Positions 29,889-41,500 of a stretch of 64,000 nt of DNA are shown here, in pieces; the stretch's first letter is position 1, and every line of letters begins with the position of its first letter. A program made the translations under genes and the position numbers. Location of the stretch: contig JANOAV010000041.1 in assembly GCA_031411295.1 (NCBI GenBank), positions 29,282 to 93,281 on the forward strand, given 5' to 3'. The notes under the pieces are model-generated. The model worked only from the letters and a program-made list of their open reading frames with translations, ran no database searches and was not told the DNA's origin. The DNA comes from Verrucomicrobiales bacterium (GTDB lineage Bacteria > Verrucomicrobiota > Verrucomicrobiia > Verrucomicrobiales > V1-33).

Positions 29889-30200
29889 ATGAGCACCCCA
29901 GCATCCGCCCCCAACAGCGCGTCACCTGCTTCCGATGAATCCACGGCTACACCCTACTCGCTCGAAGTCATCGCTGAGCTGACTGGCACCGAGCCTCGCA
30001 CCATTCTGCATTATCTGGAGCTTGGACTGCTGAAGCCGGAAGCGCCAACCTCATTCAATGATGAACATTTACATCGCCTCCGCCGCATTGAACACCTTCG
30101 CACCACCTGCGAGATGAACACCGCGGGCCTGAAGCTCATGCTGCATCTGCTGGATGAAGTGGAGCGGTTGCAACAGGAGCGCAGACGCTGGCAATGGTAG
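29889..30200 (+). CDS. cbpM: Chaperone modulator CbpM (MerR-like HTH)
   Basis: RLRRIEHLR...MN.AGLKLMLHLLDEVERL; directly downstream of cbpA. Confidence 0.8.
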   Translation: MSTPASAPNSASPASDESTATPYSLEVIAELTGTEPRTILHYLELGLLKPEAPTSFNDEHLHRLRRIEHLRTTCEMNTAGLKLMLHLLDEVERLQQERRRWQW

Positions 30201-30213
30201 CTGGCATATAAGC

Positions 30214-30684
30214 TTACTCCACCGCCAAGATCGTAGCGCGCAGGCCTGGCCGCAGTGGGATGGTTTCCCCCTTGCGACGTCCCACCAGCTTTTCGCCTAG
30301 CGGTGAGCGGGGGGTCAAAAGACAAATTTCCTTGCCTTCGAAAATGATCTCTGCTCCTCCACCATGGGAAGCAATGACATAGTAGTTAGTCTCGCTGCCT
30401 GCTTGCAGCGTGATGAGGGCGCCCAGAGAAATCAAGGGGCGGGCCGGACGGGGGATTTCTGCGAAGTCAGCTAGCGCAGTCACTGCCTGCTGGAGTTCTT
30501 CGACCCGCTGCGCCTGGCCGCGGGCAATGTAGGAGGCTTCGAGGTTACGGGTGTCGTATTTGTTTTCCGCCTTGCTATCAGGATCGGTAGCGGCGGCAAA
30601 AGCCTCCTGCGCGGCCCGTGTTAGGGTGGCCAACTCCTGGGCGAGCACCTGGTGGAATTGGGCGAGGATGGCGGATTTATTCAT
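30214..30684 (-). CDS. GreA/GreB-family elongation factor-like protein
   Basis: SKAENKYDTRNLEASYIARGQA; TPRSPLGEKLVGRRKGE. Confidence 0.82.
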   Translation of the reverse strand: MNKSAILAQFHQVLAQELATLTRAAQEAFAAATDPDSKAENKYDTRNLEASYIARGQAQRVEELQQAVTALADFAEIPRPARPLISLGALITLQAGSETNYYVIASHGGGAEIIFEGKEICLLTPRSPLGEKLVGRRKGETIPLRPGLRATILAVE

Positions 30685-30839
30685 GGCAGGGGAGAGGGAG
30701 AGGAGTAATTTAGGCCTGCCCGTCTTCGGGTCACCCAATGTCATGGTCCCAGAACATGACCCGCTAGCGTCCGTCAAGAAGTGATTTTTTTAGAAACACA
30801 TTGTCAGGCGCGTTACGCTTCGTCATACATTCCTTCTGC

Positions 30840-32798
30840 ATGAAACCCTCCCTCGTTTATCTCCTCACGCTTTCGGCCAGCACCTTGATTGGGTGGTGGT
30901 TGGGGCATTTGGCGCGTCCAGCCTCGGCAGCGCTGGGGAATACCGCCAAGCCCAGCGAGCCAAAGGCACAGGTGCAGCTGCCAGACCTAGCCCAACTGGG
31001 CCCACCGCAAAAGGATGGAGCACTGTTGGATCGATGGAATTTCGCTCGGGTGGTGGAGCAAACTCCGATTGAGGAGCTGGCGAGTCTGCTGAAGAAGGCA
31101 AGGTCTAACACCGATCCCTCGGAGCGACGGGAACGTGAATTGATGGTGGCCACGCGTTATGCGCAACTGGATCCTGAGAAAACCGCAGCCGAAGGCCTAA
31201 AGGAGGATCGTGCGCTGGCCATGTTGGTGATTTCCGCTTGGGCGGCACAGGATGGCGCGGCCGCAGCTGAGTGGGTGACAAAACAAGGGGATCTGGCGGA
31301 TCGGACGGAGGGCATGAACCTGGCGCTGGCAAGTTTCGCCAACGCCAATCCTGAGGCCTGCCTGGATTATTTGGAGCGCGACCGGAATCGGGCTCGTGCT
31401 TACCAGGAAAGCTTTGCCAATCTCTTTACATCCCTAACGAAACGTTCCCCGGCACGTGCCATTGAGTTTCTCGCTAAAGTGACGCATCCCGTCTGCCGCC
31501 TCGAAGGCTATGCGGCAGTGGGCCGAGCCTGGGCGCAGCGCGATCCGCAGGCAGCTCTGGCCTGGGCCAAGGGCCTCGGTGACCAGCACGAGCGCGCGAA
31601 TGCATTGCAAGGCGCAGTGACCGTAGTGGCGGAGTCGGATCCTCATGCTGCAATCCAGGCGCTTAACATGATCGACCCGGCCGGCAAACCAACGGGTGAG
31701 ACTCCACACCGCGCCATCGCGAAGGCACTGGCAAAGCTTAATTTCGATGAAGCCGTGCAGTGGGTGAAGCAATTGGATCCATTGAAGCACAATCAGGAAG
31801 CTTTATTAACGCAGTCTGTCCTGCCCTCCATGCAGAACGTCACTGCCACCGCTTTGGTGGACCTCTTTAAAGGCGTTGATGTGGCCGGGCGATCATCGGA
31901 TTTTAGCGAAACCCTCAACCTGCCTCTGGGTCTGCTCCCTGCATTGCTGCACTGGCAGGTGAAGGACGTCTCTGCGATGTTAAAAGAGGTCATCACCCTA
32001 CCCACGGGTGAAGGCAGAGACTGCGTGCTGAACTTCCTTTGTTGGAAAATGAGTCAGGAAAATCCCGCTGCCGCGCTTCAGTTTGCGGCCCAAGCGGATG
32101 CGGGCACTCGTGAAAAATTAGCCGGGCACTTGGCACGCACCTTGGCCACGGAGGGCAAAGTAGCAGAACTCGCACAGGCCATCAAATTCAATCCCGCCGA
32201 GGGCGCAGCCACCGTGGCCGCGCGCGATGCGGCTGCGTTGCTGGCGAAAAATTTCCCCGAGCGCGGGGTGGAATTTCTCCAGCAATTGCGGGAAGATTTA
32301 CGCCCCGTGGCAGCAGCCAGAATGGTGCCTGATTTGGTCCTGCGAGATCCCACCGCAGCCGTCGCTCTAGCCGAAACCTTGCCTGCCGAAGCGCAAGCCC
32401 AACAGATGGGAGTGGTGGCAGCAGAATGGGCCAAAGTAAATTCCACTGAAAGCATGCGCTGGGCGCAGACCCTATCCGCCGGGCCGCAACGCGATGCCGC
32501 AGCAGCGAATCTGGCGGCTACGTTAGTAAATAAAGAACCCCACAATGCTTTCACCTGGGCGCACCAGATTTCCGATCCTGCCCAACGTGCTCCGCAGTTG
32601 CAATCGGTGCTCAACGAATGGCTCTTCCAAGATGCCACCGCTGCGCAGCGGGCCATCGCCAAGGCGCAGATCCCGCCCGATGAACTGGCCAAGGCGCTGC
32701 AACCAATGGACGACGGTCATCCGAATCCCGGTGGTCGGGATCGTGATCGAGACTACGTGCCCGTTGGCGAGCCTGATCTTCCCCCTCCCTCCAAATGA
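30840..32798 (+). CDS. Membrane-anchored helical-repeat hypothetical protein
   Basis: N-terminal TM; WAAQDGAAAAEW, WAQRDPQAALAW, WAKVNSTESMRW. Confidence 0.8.
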   Translation: MKPSLVYLLTLSASTLIGWWLGHLARPASAALGNTAKPSEPKAQVQLPDLAQLGPPQKDGALLDRWNFARVVEQTPIEELASLLKKARSNTDPSERRERELMVATRYAQLDPEKTAAEGLKEDRALAMLVISAWAAQDGAAAAEWVTKQGDLADRTEGMNLALASFANANPEACLDYLERDRNRARAYQESFANLFTSLTKRSPARAIEFLAKVTHPVCRLEGYAAVGRAWAQRDPQAALAWAKGLGDQHERANALQGAVTVVAESDPHAAIQALNMIDPAGKPTGETPHRAIAKALAKLNFDEAVQWVKQLDPLKHNQEALLTQSVLPSMQNVTATALVDLFKGVDVAGRSSDFSETLNLPLGLLPALLHWQVKDVSAMLKEVITLPTGEGRDCVLNFLCWKMSQENPAAALQFAAQADAGTREKLAGHLARTLATEGKVAELAQAIKFNPAEGAATVAARDAAALLAKNFPERGVEFLQQLREDLRPVAAARMVPDLVLRDPTAAVALAETLPAEAQAQQMGVVAAEWAKVNSTESMRWAQTLSAGPQRDAAAANLAATLVNKEPHNAFTWAHQISDPAQRAPQLQSVLNEWLFQDATAAQRAIAKAQIPPDELAKALQPMDDGHPNPGGRDRDRDYVPVGEPDLPPPSK

Positions 32799-34396
32799 AG
32801 CTCAAACTCCTTCTCAGCGCTCTAGCCGTGGCCGGAGTGGCTTTCTTCATCAGTCGCTCACGATCCGTTGAGCCCCCAACAGCTTCGGGCGATGCCCAGG
32901 CCACTAAGCCCCCACCAAGCGCTAACATCGCTGAATCCGCCATTTCCGTGGCGCAAGCGGTGGCGCAACTGCCAGAGTCCCTCGATAAACGCAAGAAGAT
33001 GCTCTCACTGATTGATGCCGCTGAAACCCCAGCTGCCTTGGAACAGTTGATGAAAGATTTTGCGGGCGATCAATCGGCCGAGGCCTCGTTGGCAGCCCGC
33101 TGGGCCATGATCGATCCCGAGAGCGGATTGGCATGGTTGCGTTTACAGATGAACAACGGAGGATTTGCCCCCAACCACATTCGTGAAGCTTTCTTCCGCA
33201 CTTGGGCCACCAATGATCCCACTGCTGCGATGAAAGCTGCGATGGTGGCACAGATGCTACCCGGCATGGAGGTGTCCTCCTTGGAAGTCGTGGAGGCCGT
33301 GCTGCAAAAGGATTTGGCAGCAGGTGGCAAACTGCTTGCGGAGCGGGGAAAGTTTCCTGACCTCTTCACCTTCCCTGACAATCTTTGGAAGGTGGATCCC
33401 GCAGGCTTTGTCAAGGCCTTGCTCCCAGAGGGTGTGGTGCCTGATCGCAGATTAGGCTGGGCACTCGCGGAACCGTTAAAGGCATGGTCACGCAAAGCTC
33501 CGGCGGAGGTTCAGAAATGGCTGGAAGCCTTGAATCCGGAGACCTTGGCCCCGCTCCTGCCTTATGCCATTGTGGGCTTGGCCACGAGCAATCCAGCGGC
33601 GGCTAGCGAATTGGTCGCGAAGATCCCCCAAGCGGCCGCCCGTGAAGCGGCAGCGGCCTCGCTGGCTCGTGAATGGGTCACGAAGGATCCTGCCAATGCG
33701 TTCACCTATGCCGTGACTGCGGGCGTGGAGAAATCCAAATACACCCTCAAAAAGATGTCCGAAGCGTTGATTGAGAAAGGGGATGCCGCCATCCTCCAAG
33801 CCTTCAATCAATTGCCAGCAGGCAAGGTCCGCAATGCCGTGCTTCCCGTCCTCGCCAATGCCTGGCTCGATCAGAATCCAACGGGAGCCTCCCAATTTCT
33901 CGCCTCCTTACCACCGAGCCCGGAGCGCAACGATGCCATGAAATGGATTGCCAAGACGTGGACCGAAGATGCCCCGCAGGAGGCGTTGAAGTTTCTCGAA
34001 CGCAACCCGGGTCCTGAACTGGACGAAGTATTCCATCGCATCGTGGCCCGACATGCGGGTGATGACCCTCCCAGTGCCGTGAAGTGGAGTGCCCAGCAGC
34101 AACCCGCCGAACGTGCCCTGGCCGCCATCCGCACCTCGTTCAATATGATGTCCACCGAAGCTCAGATCGAGGATGCGGCCGCCTTGGTGGTGACTCTGCC
34201 AACGCCACAAATGCAGACCGAAGCCGTGCGCAGTTTTATGGAACCATTCGGCACCGGGCAGCGTCTGTTTGATGAAGGACTCAAGTGGGCAGCTGCACTG
34301 CCTCCCGATCTGCGCGCCGTGGCGCGAGACACCATCTTGAAGAGCACGTTGATTACCCCCGGGGAACGCGCTCGCGCCCAGGATCAGCTGAAATGA
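32795..34396 (+). CDS. Membrane-anchored helical-repeat hypothetical protein (paralog, translationally coupled)
   Basis: WAMIDPESGLAW, WATNDPTAA, WVTKDPANA, WLDQNPTGA; ATGA overlap with the upstream gene. Confidence 0.8.
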   Translation: MKLKLLLSALAVAGVAFFISRSRSVEPPTASGDAQATKPPPSANIAESAISVAQAVAQLPESLDKRKKMLSLIDAAETPAALEQLMKDFAGDQSAEASLAARWAMIDPESGLAWLRLQMNNGGFAPNHIREAFFRTWATNDPTAAMKAAMVAQMLPGMEVSSLEVVEAVLQKDLAAGGKLLAERGKFPDLFTFPDNLWKVDPAGFVKALLPEGVVPDRRLGWALAEPLKAWSRKAPAEVQKWLEALNPETLAPLLPYAIVGLATSNPAAASELVAKIPQAAAREAAAASLAREWVTKDPANAFTYAVTAGVEKSKYTLKKMSEALIEKGDAAILQAFNQLPAGKVRNAVLPVLANAWLDQNPTGASQFLASLPPSPERNDAMKWIAKTWTEDAPQEALKFLERNPGPELDEVFHRIVARHAGDDPPSAVKWSAQQQPAERALAAIRTSFNMMSTEAQIEDAAALVVTLPTPQMQTEAVRSFMEPFGTGQRLFDEGLKWAAALPPDLRAVARDTILKSTLITPGERARAQDQLK

Positions 34397-34478
34397 CGTG
34401 GCCACCTGGAAATCGGTCGAGCCGTGAACAGTTAAAGATTTCCGGCTAGAGCTTGAATCTGGCTTCGCGAATATTTAT

Positions 34479-35456
34479 TTATTCCGCCAACCACTGGGCC
34501 GCAGTCTTTGCAAAATACGTCAGGATAAAATCCGCCCCCGCTCTCCGAATCCCCATCAGCGACTCCAACACGACGGCCTTCTCATTCACCCATCCATCCG
34601 CCGCCGCAGCTTTAATCATGAGGTATTCGCCACTAACTTGATAGGCAGCGATCGGCAGATTGCTCTGCTGACGAAGGCGGTAAATGATGTCCAGATAAGG
34701 CCCGGCGGGCTTTACCATAATCATGTCCGCCCCCTCTGCGGCATCCAACGCGGCCTCGCGTTCCGCTTCCCGAGCGTTGGCCGGGTCCATTTGATAGGTT
34801 TTCTTATCACCTGCCTTGGGCGCAGAATCCAGTGCCCCCCGGAACGGTCCGTAGTAGGCGCTGGCGTATTTGGCGGTGTAGCTCAGAATCGCTACGTTCG
34901 TGAAATCTGCCCGATCCAAAGTTGCCCGAATGGCCGCCACGCGGCCGTCCATCATGTCGCTGGGGGAGACGATGTCCGCTCCGGCCACCGCATGGCAGAG
35001 CGCCTGCTGGGTAAGCACGCCCACGGTCACATCATTTAAAATTTGCCCATCCTCCGCCACCACCCCGTCATGACCATCACTGTTGTAAGGATCGAGTGCC
35101 ACATCGGTGATAACACAGGCATCGGGAAATTTCGCTTTGATCGCACGGATCGCAAGCGGCACCAATCCAGTTGCGTTGTAACATTCCTCGGCTCCGGGCG
35201 TTTTCAAATTCTCTGCGATCTTCGGGAACAGCACGAAGGCATTTACCCCCACCGCACGTGCTGCCTCAATCTCCGTTAGCATTCCCGGCAGACTCCACCG
35301 CTGGCATCCGGGCATGGAGGCAATGGCTTCATCCACCGAACCTTCCTGGATGAAAAGCGGCAGGATGAAGTGCTCAGCGGACAGCGAGGTCTCGCGCACC
35401 AGACCACGAATGGTGGGCGACTGACGATTTCGTCGGGGACGGTTAGGGAGATTCAT
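34479..35456 (-). CDS. hemB: Porphobilinogen synthase (Asp-rich, non-Zn type)
   Basis: RPRRNR, DVALDPYNSDGHDG, PSDMMDGRV, AKYASAYYGPFR, MVKP, AYQVSGEY. Confidence 0.97.
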   Translation of the reverse strand: MNLPNRPRRNRQSPTIRGLVRETSLSAEHFILPLFIQEGSVDEAIASMPGCQRWSLPGMLTEIEAARAVGVNAFVLFPKIAENLKTPGAEECYNATGLVPLAIRAIKAKFPDACVITDVALDPYNSDGHDGVVAEDGQILNDVTVGVLTQQALCHAVAGADIVSPSDMMDGRVAAIRATLDRADFTNVAILSYTAKYASAYYGPFRGALDSAPKAGDKKTYQMDPANAREAEREAALDAAEGADMIMVKPAGPYLDIIYRLRQQSNLPIAAYQVSGEYLMIKAAAADGWVNEKAVVLESLMGIRRAGADFILTYFAKTAAQWLAE

Positions 35457-35566
35457 TGGTGCAATGGGGTGATGAAATGACCTTGAGAGGCACCGCAGCT
35501 TTAACTTCTTCCGCCCGTCCTGCAAGCAGGGAGCGAGCCAATCGCCCAGCAGCAAGATGGTGGAGC

Positions 35567-38500
35567 CTACCGCAGCACCACCCGGAAGTGGAAGTAGAAC
35601 CGGGTGTCGCCTGCGGGAAAGAGCACGGGGCCGAGGGTGTTGCGGAGTTTGTTGCCTGCGATGTCGGTTCCAGTTAGGGGGAGTTCGGCGGGGAAGCCGT
35701 CGAGGGGTTGCCAGGTGGTTAGGTCCGTGGAATATTCCGGGATGATCTTCACGTCATCGGCGCAGGCAGCAGTGTCCACGGTGACGGTGAATTGACCGGG
35801 GGTGGTGGAGAACTCCGTAGGCACGGGGTGGGAGTTAGGATCGGTATCGCTGGTGCCGAAGGCGTATTCGGTGAGGGCGGTGTAGCCGTCGAAATCTGCG
35901 TCTGCGAGCGGGGCCCCCGCGAAGGAAACGGTGTCGGTGGTGCCGGGAGTGCCGCCATCCACGCAACTGGCGCGCCAGACGTATTCGGTAAGCAGCGGAG
36001 CGGTGGCGGATAGCACGCGGGTAAGGCTGCGCCCGTTACCGTCCGTGGGCTTGATGTTGTCATTGTAGGCGTAGCTGAAGATTTGATTTCCTTCAGCATC
36101 GAGAAGGGTCAGCAGTTCTCCGCCGTTGCTCAAGGCGGAAGGCGCGAACTGGCCTGCGATGGGCAATCCAGCGCCATAGCGAGTGGTGAAGAGCGCGCTG
36201 TCATCCACCACCAGGATCCGAGCACCGGGAGCCAATTGCATTCCGGAGGGGAAAGTGAATTGGATGCCGTCGATGAAGCGCAGGCCAGTGAGCAACAGGG
36301 TGTTGGTGCTGACATTGCGCAGCTCAACGAATTCCCGACCAGGATTCGTGCCGCCGGGATTGTAGTTAATTTCCACGAGTGCCAGGTTGGTGGCATCGGC
36401 CGGAACGAGCGAACTGGTGCCGGTGACGGTAATGGAGTCGGTGCCAATCACGCCGCCTGCGGTGTTCAAAGCTTCGAAGTTAAAAACGTTAGATCCGAAG
36501 GTCACGGGCAGCACGACTTGCCAGGTGCTTTGGCTGGTCCAAGTGACTACGAGCGGTTCCACACTGCCAGCGAGGCGAATTCGATCCACGTTCACCCAAC
36601 CATTTCCTGCCAAAGTGGTGGCTGGGTTGCTCTCCGTGTAGTTGTTGCCGCCATTGGTAGTGATGGAGAAACTAACCGCTGGAATGGCCGCTGCGACTTG
36701 GCCTCGGATGTAGGCTTCCCGCTGACTGACGTAGGTGGCGAAGCTGGTGAGATCCTCGCTCAGGAAACAAGAATAATGCGTCATCCAGCGGTTGAGATAA
36801 CCGGTATTGAAGGCGTTGTCACAAATGCTGATGAGGTGTCCGTAGTAAAGACGCTTGTTGGCGGCATCCGCGATGAGTTTCACGAGTTCACCATTTGGCG
36901 TGACCGAGGTGTTGAATCCATTAGTGGCCGTGAAATCCATGTCCCACGGGAAATACATCGCCTTGTAGCCGGGACGCGTATAGAACAGCGCGTTGTGTTG
37001 CGCTCCGCTGGCATAGTTGTCTCCCACACCCCACGCGATCTGTCCGGCCCAGGACCTCAGCCATTGATTCACGTCCATCAGGTTGTTCGTGTTGGTGGTG
37101 AAGGTAGCTCCCGAGGCTTGGCCCAGGGTGTCGAGGAGCGGCATCAGCAGACTGTAGTCGTCACCCCCGCGGTTGTTTTTGATGAGCCAATGTTGGCGAT
37201 ACTCCTCCTTACTAACGCCGGGAAGCAGCTTGCGCACGGGGACGCCACGAACGTCGCCATCCTGCGTCAACTTCAGTCCTTCGTAAGTGTTGTCGGTGGT
37301 GGAGCCTGTGATGGAGGCTCCGTAGAGTCCATAGATCAGTTCATATTCGAAGAGCGTGCCCTTGCTGCCGCCGTCAAATTGACCATCGAGGAAACTGGTG
37401 GAGTCCAGCTTCGTCTTCACCAGAATGGCAGAGCCAGTCTGTGCCGTCTGGGGGGCGATAACCCGGATCAAATCATCCTGGGTGCACGGAATGCCGTTGG
37501 CACGGTTCAGGGTGTGCTTCACGATGATCTCCTTCTGGCTGAACTGATCGCCTGCGCCACTGCGGTCGATGGCGATGGTGTCGTGCGTGCCGAGGAATAA
37601 TTCATCGGGCGCGAACTGCACCATGAACCCAACCCGCGGCTGCTTGGCGCGACCGTGTTCGCTACTCTTGAGGTGAACTTTGCAGTGATAGTAAATCTCC
37701 CGCTCATCATAAATGACGGTGCACGGGCGATATTCATTGCTCATGATGTCATTCAGCGCGTGCAGGGCGGTGGCATCTGCGGTGGTCATCACGATGCGGA
37801 AATTATGTGGCTTGCAACCATTCGGCAGCGTCAGCAGGGCTTGACTGTCGTTCCAGGGAATCATGGCGCGGCTGTTGACTCCGGCGGCCGGGAAGGTGCT
37901 GGTGGCACCCAAGCCATCCGTGGCGACGACATAATATTGCACCTTGGTGGAGGCGGCTTGGCCGGGGATGGTGCCCGTCCAAAGCCCATTTAAGCCAGCT
38001 GTCATGGCCGTCGAAGTGAAGGCCGCACCATTGACGGCGTAGAAAATGTTCGCGCTGGCAACGTTGTTGGCATCAGCTAGTTTTACGCTTACCGTGGCGA
38101 CTTGGCTGACGGCGGGCACGGCTGGCGCATGCGTTAGGCCACTGAAGGTTGGTCCGGCATTGGCCACATACACGCTATTCTGCGCCCCCGGTGTGCCACC
38201 AGTCGTTGCCATGGGCAGCAGCTCGCTGCGGGCTCCGCGATTGAAGAACAGTCGAGTGTGCAATTGATTCGACCCACGCACCCAGCGTGCCCGATAGGAG
38301 ATGGTGTAATTCTTGGCGGTATTGATCACCCAGGGCAGCGTGGTCCCATTTTTCAGTGATGTTTCACAGTGATTGGACATGTGCTCGGTGTAGCCCGTGG
38401 CCACAATCTTCAGCACCTTGTTGCCAGGCGAAGTAGGATCGTCCACCACCACGCTGGTCTTATGATTGCCGATGTTCCGCCATTTATCCGCCGTGCCGCC

Positions 38501-41500
38501 GCTGAAGTTTCCATTTTGGATTAACTGTAAGTTCGTGCCGGTGGGATCCTCGATCACGCTGATGTCATCGATCAGCACTTCCCCATCATTGACGAGACCC
38601 ATGATGAATTCCGAATAGAACGTAGGATCATTTTCCAAGTTGGCTCCCGAGAAGGTATAGCTCACGTTCGTCCAGACGCCCCTAGCGGTCTCATTGCTGT
38701 CCGCCCACGCTTCGGGAGCATTGTTGTCGGAGGCGGGATTTTTCAGTTCCAAGCTGGAACCGGTTCCAGAGGCAAAGGCAGGCCAGCGACCATCCGAACG
38801 GAAAGTGACCTCATCGGCCGGATTACCAATCGCGTCCTCAAGTTGAACGCGTTCACCTTGGCCTGACATGTTTCCGTTGAAGGGGCCGAAGACGCGGGGG
38901 AGACCTGGATGGAGCGCATTGAAGGCCGCGACATCCCACACCACGACCGCATATTCACCCGCTCCCAGCATGGTTGCAGGCGGGAAGGTGAAGCTGATGC
39001 CATCAGCAAACTTCCATCCGCTCAGATCTACGGCGGCCGTGCCTTTGTTATAAATTTCGATCCATTGTTCGGCGGACGTTCCGGGTGCACTGTAGAAAAT
39101 TTCGTTAATCACCACCGAGTCATTCAGAGCCCACGCGGAATTCGCTGTGCCGAAGGAACCGCCACCGGTCGGCACGCCCCAGAGGCCGCTGTCGTGGCGC
39201 GCGCGCGTCTCATTCTTCACCGTGTGGGCGTCCAGCAACTGACCGCCGTCCAATACCAGATAGACTCGATCATTGGTCAACGGCCGGAAGCCCAGCGTGG
39301 CCTGCGTGAACACCGCATAGCCGTCTGGTGCCAAGCTGCCACTGAGCGTTACCACATGACCGGCACTATCCCGAATGGAGTAGCGTGAGAGATCCTGCGC
39401 GGTGGTGGTTAGGTTGCGCAGTTCAATTTGGAAGGTGCCTGCCAACCCGCTGGAAATTTCATTGAGCACGACTCTGGCCACTTGATCCGCCGGGGGCGCG
39501 GGCAGTTCCACGGATTGCAGTTGCGCGCCCATCATCAGGTCTGGACTGCTGGCTAGGTTCTGATGCAACTCCACCGAGAGCACATTATTTCCCCGCACCA
39601 AGTTCGTGACTGGCACACTTACCGGAGTCAGCGGGAAGAAGCCGTCCACCACTTCCGCCGTGGCCAGCGTGCCATGCACCGGAGTGCCTACAGGCATGTT
39701 CTGGCGATAAATTTCCTGTCCATTCAAATAGAACACGGCCCCATCATCCAGGATGGGATACAGGCCCAGCGTGGTGCGGCTCGGGTCACCTGTGAAGTTG
39801 AATGAAGTGCGGAAATAATGCGCTCCAGCGTTCATGGGAATGGAGGTTTGCAGACGGAGGGGCGTGGATTTCTGCACCGCAAAATTATCGAAGACCGCCG
39901 TCACGGAATCGCCAGCCTGACGGGCTTGGCCGGTTAAAACGATCGCAAAATCCGCCGGCCAATTCGTGACCGCCTGCGAACCCGCCAACAATCCATTGCG
40001 ATAAATTTGCACCGTGCCTTGACCCGCATAGGTTCCGGGCACCCAGACTAACTTCATTTCGCAATTACTGGTATCGAGATCGAAACTGTCGAGCAGCGCC
40101 AGATTAACCCCGCCGCCCGTAGCTGCGTTCGTCCCCGTCCCCCCATCGTCCCGGCTATTGTAGCTCCAGCCACCTTCATTCAGGTTATGGGAGAAATGCA
40201 CATAGTGCGCAGCGTCCGCATACAGCCACAGACTGGAGCGTCCCGCCGTGCCAGTAACCGCCAGACTAACACGATCCACCTTCGCTGTAATTTGCGAGCG
40301 AGCGCTATAGCGGCTGATGCTCTTGAGGGACTTTCCGGTCCAGTAGCTCACAGTGGAGGTCCCGCCGAGCGTCAGGCTCCCGCCCGTGGTGGGAGCGTTA
40401 TAGCCACCGTTGGCCACCGATTCCAAGCCTTGATTCTCCACCGTCCATTTCGCTGAATCCACTGCAGCCGCATTGAAATCGTCCGTTAATTCCGTGGTGG
40501 TAGCGAGTGGGAATTGGATATCCGCAGGAATGAGACCCGCCGTATTAGCAATGTTAGTGGCCGTGGTGGGAGCCGTGGCTGGCGTGTAAGTGCCAGCCGC
40601 CAGACCAGTGATCGCCTGGGTCGGCAGAGCGGTGCTCCAGATGGCGACGTCATCCAAGTAGCCACTCCAGCTCTCCACGGTCCTGTCGCCCCCCATATAG
40701 AATGGCTGAGGATTGATCGGGGTGGCTGTGATGCCCACGGAGCCGGAAGCGACTCCATTGCGATAATGAGTCAGGGTTGCGCCAGTCTTCACAACGACCA
40801 TGTGGATCCATGCCGAGGGAGCCGCATTCGTGCCGCTCAGAGCGGCATAAGCGATGTTTTCGCCAGCTCCGCCCCGATGCCATTCAAAAGCGGAGTTGGT
40901 AAATTTAATGAACTCACGCGGGCTAAAATCCACTCCACTGGAATTGTAACGGTTCCCCATGATCACTGAGGTGCTGGCCGCCATCGTGGTTTTCACCCAG
41001 GCCGACCAAGTGAAATTGTTCGTCAGATTGAAGGCCGGCAAAGTGCCCACCGCAACATAACTCCCCGTGGTATTGACGTTTCCTGAAGTAATGTTTAGCT
41101 GCAGCACACGCCCGCGCGTGCCATCGGCCACGAACGCTGCATTCGCTCCCGTCAAGGTTCCAGCCGTCCCGCCACTGGCGCTGTTGGCCGCGGTGGTGCC
41201 GGTCGTTTCCGAAAATGGCCACCATCCCAACAGGTTAGCGCCTGGATTTCCTAGCACGATAGTCGGGGCGACCGGTTCGGCCATTTTAGCGGTGCCACCA
41301 TACAAGATACCCGGACCACTGCCCCAGGCGGTATCCACAAACGCCGCGTCCTTCCAGTTCGCGGCTGGAGCCACCCCACTCGCCTCATATTTCCAAGTCG
41401 CATTGATTGGCACCAGCTTCGAGGAACGCGGAGCCGTTTCGGCATCAGAGAAATTCGATCCCCCCGGCGTGCCGCCGAGTTCATTGCTGGAAGCCCAAGC

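Noticed and set aside
30721..30776. Riboswitch upstream of the greA-like gene
   Set aside because: Only short hairpins (gtcatg/catgac); no match to aptamer consensus sequences I know.
36083..37600. 505-aa plus-strand ORF
   Set aside because: Antisense shadow of the LTD/CotH gene; no recognisable motifs.
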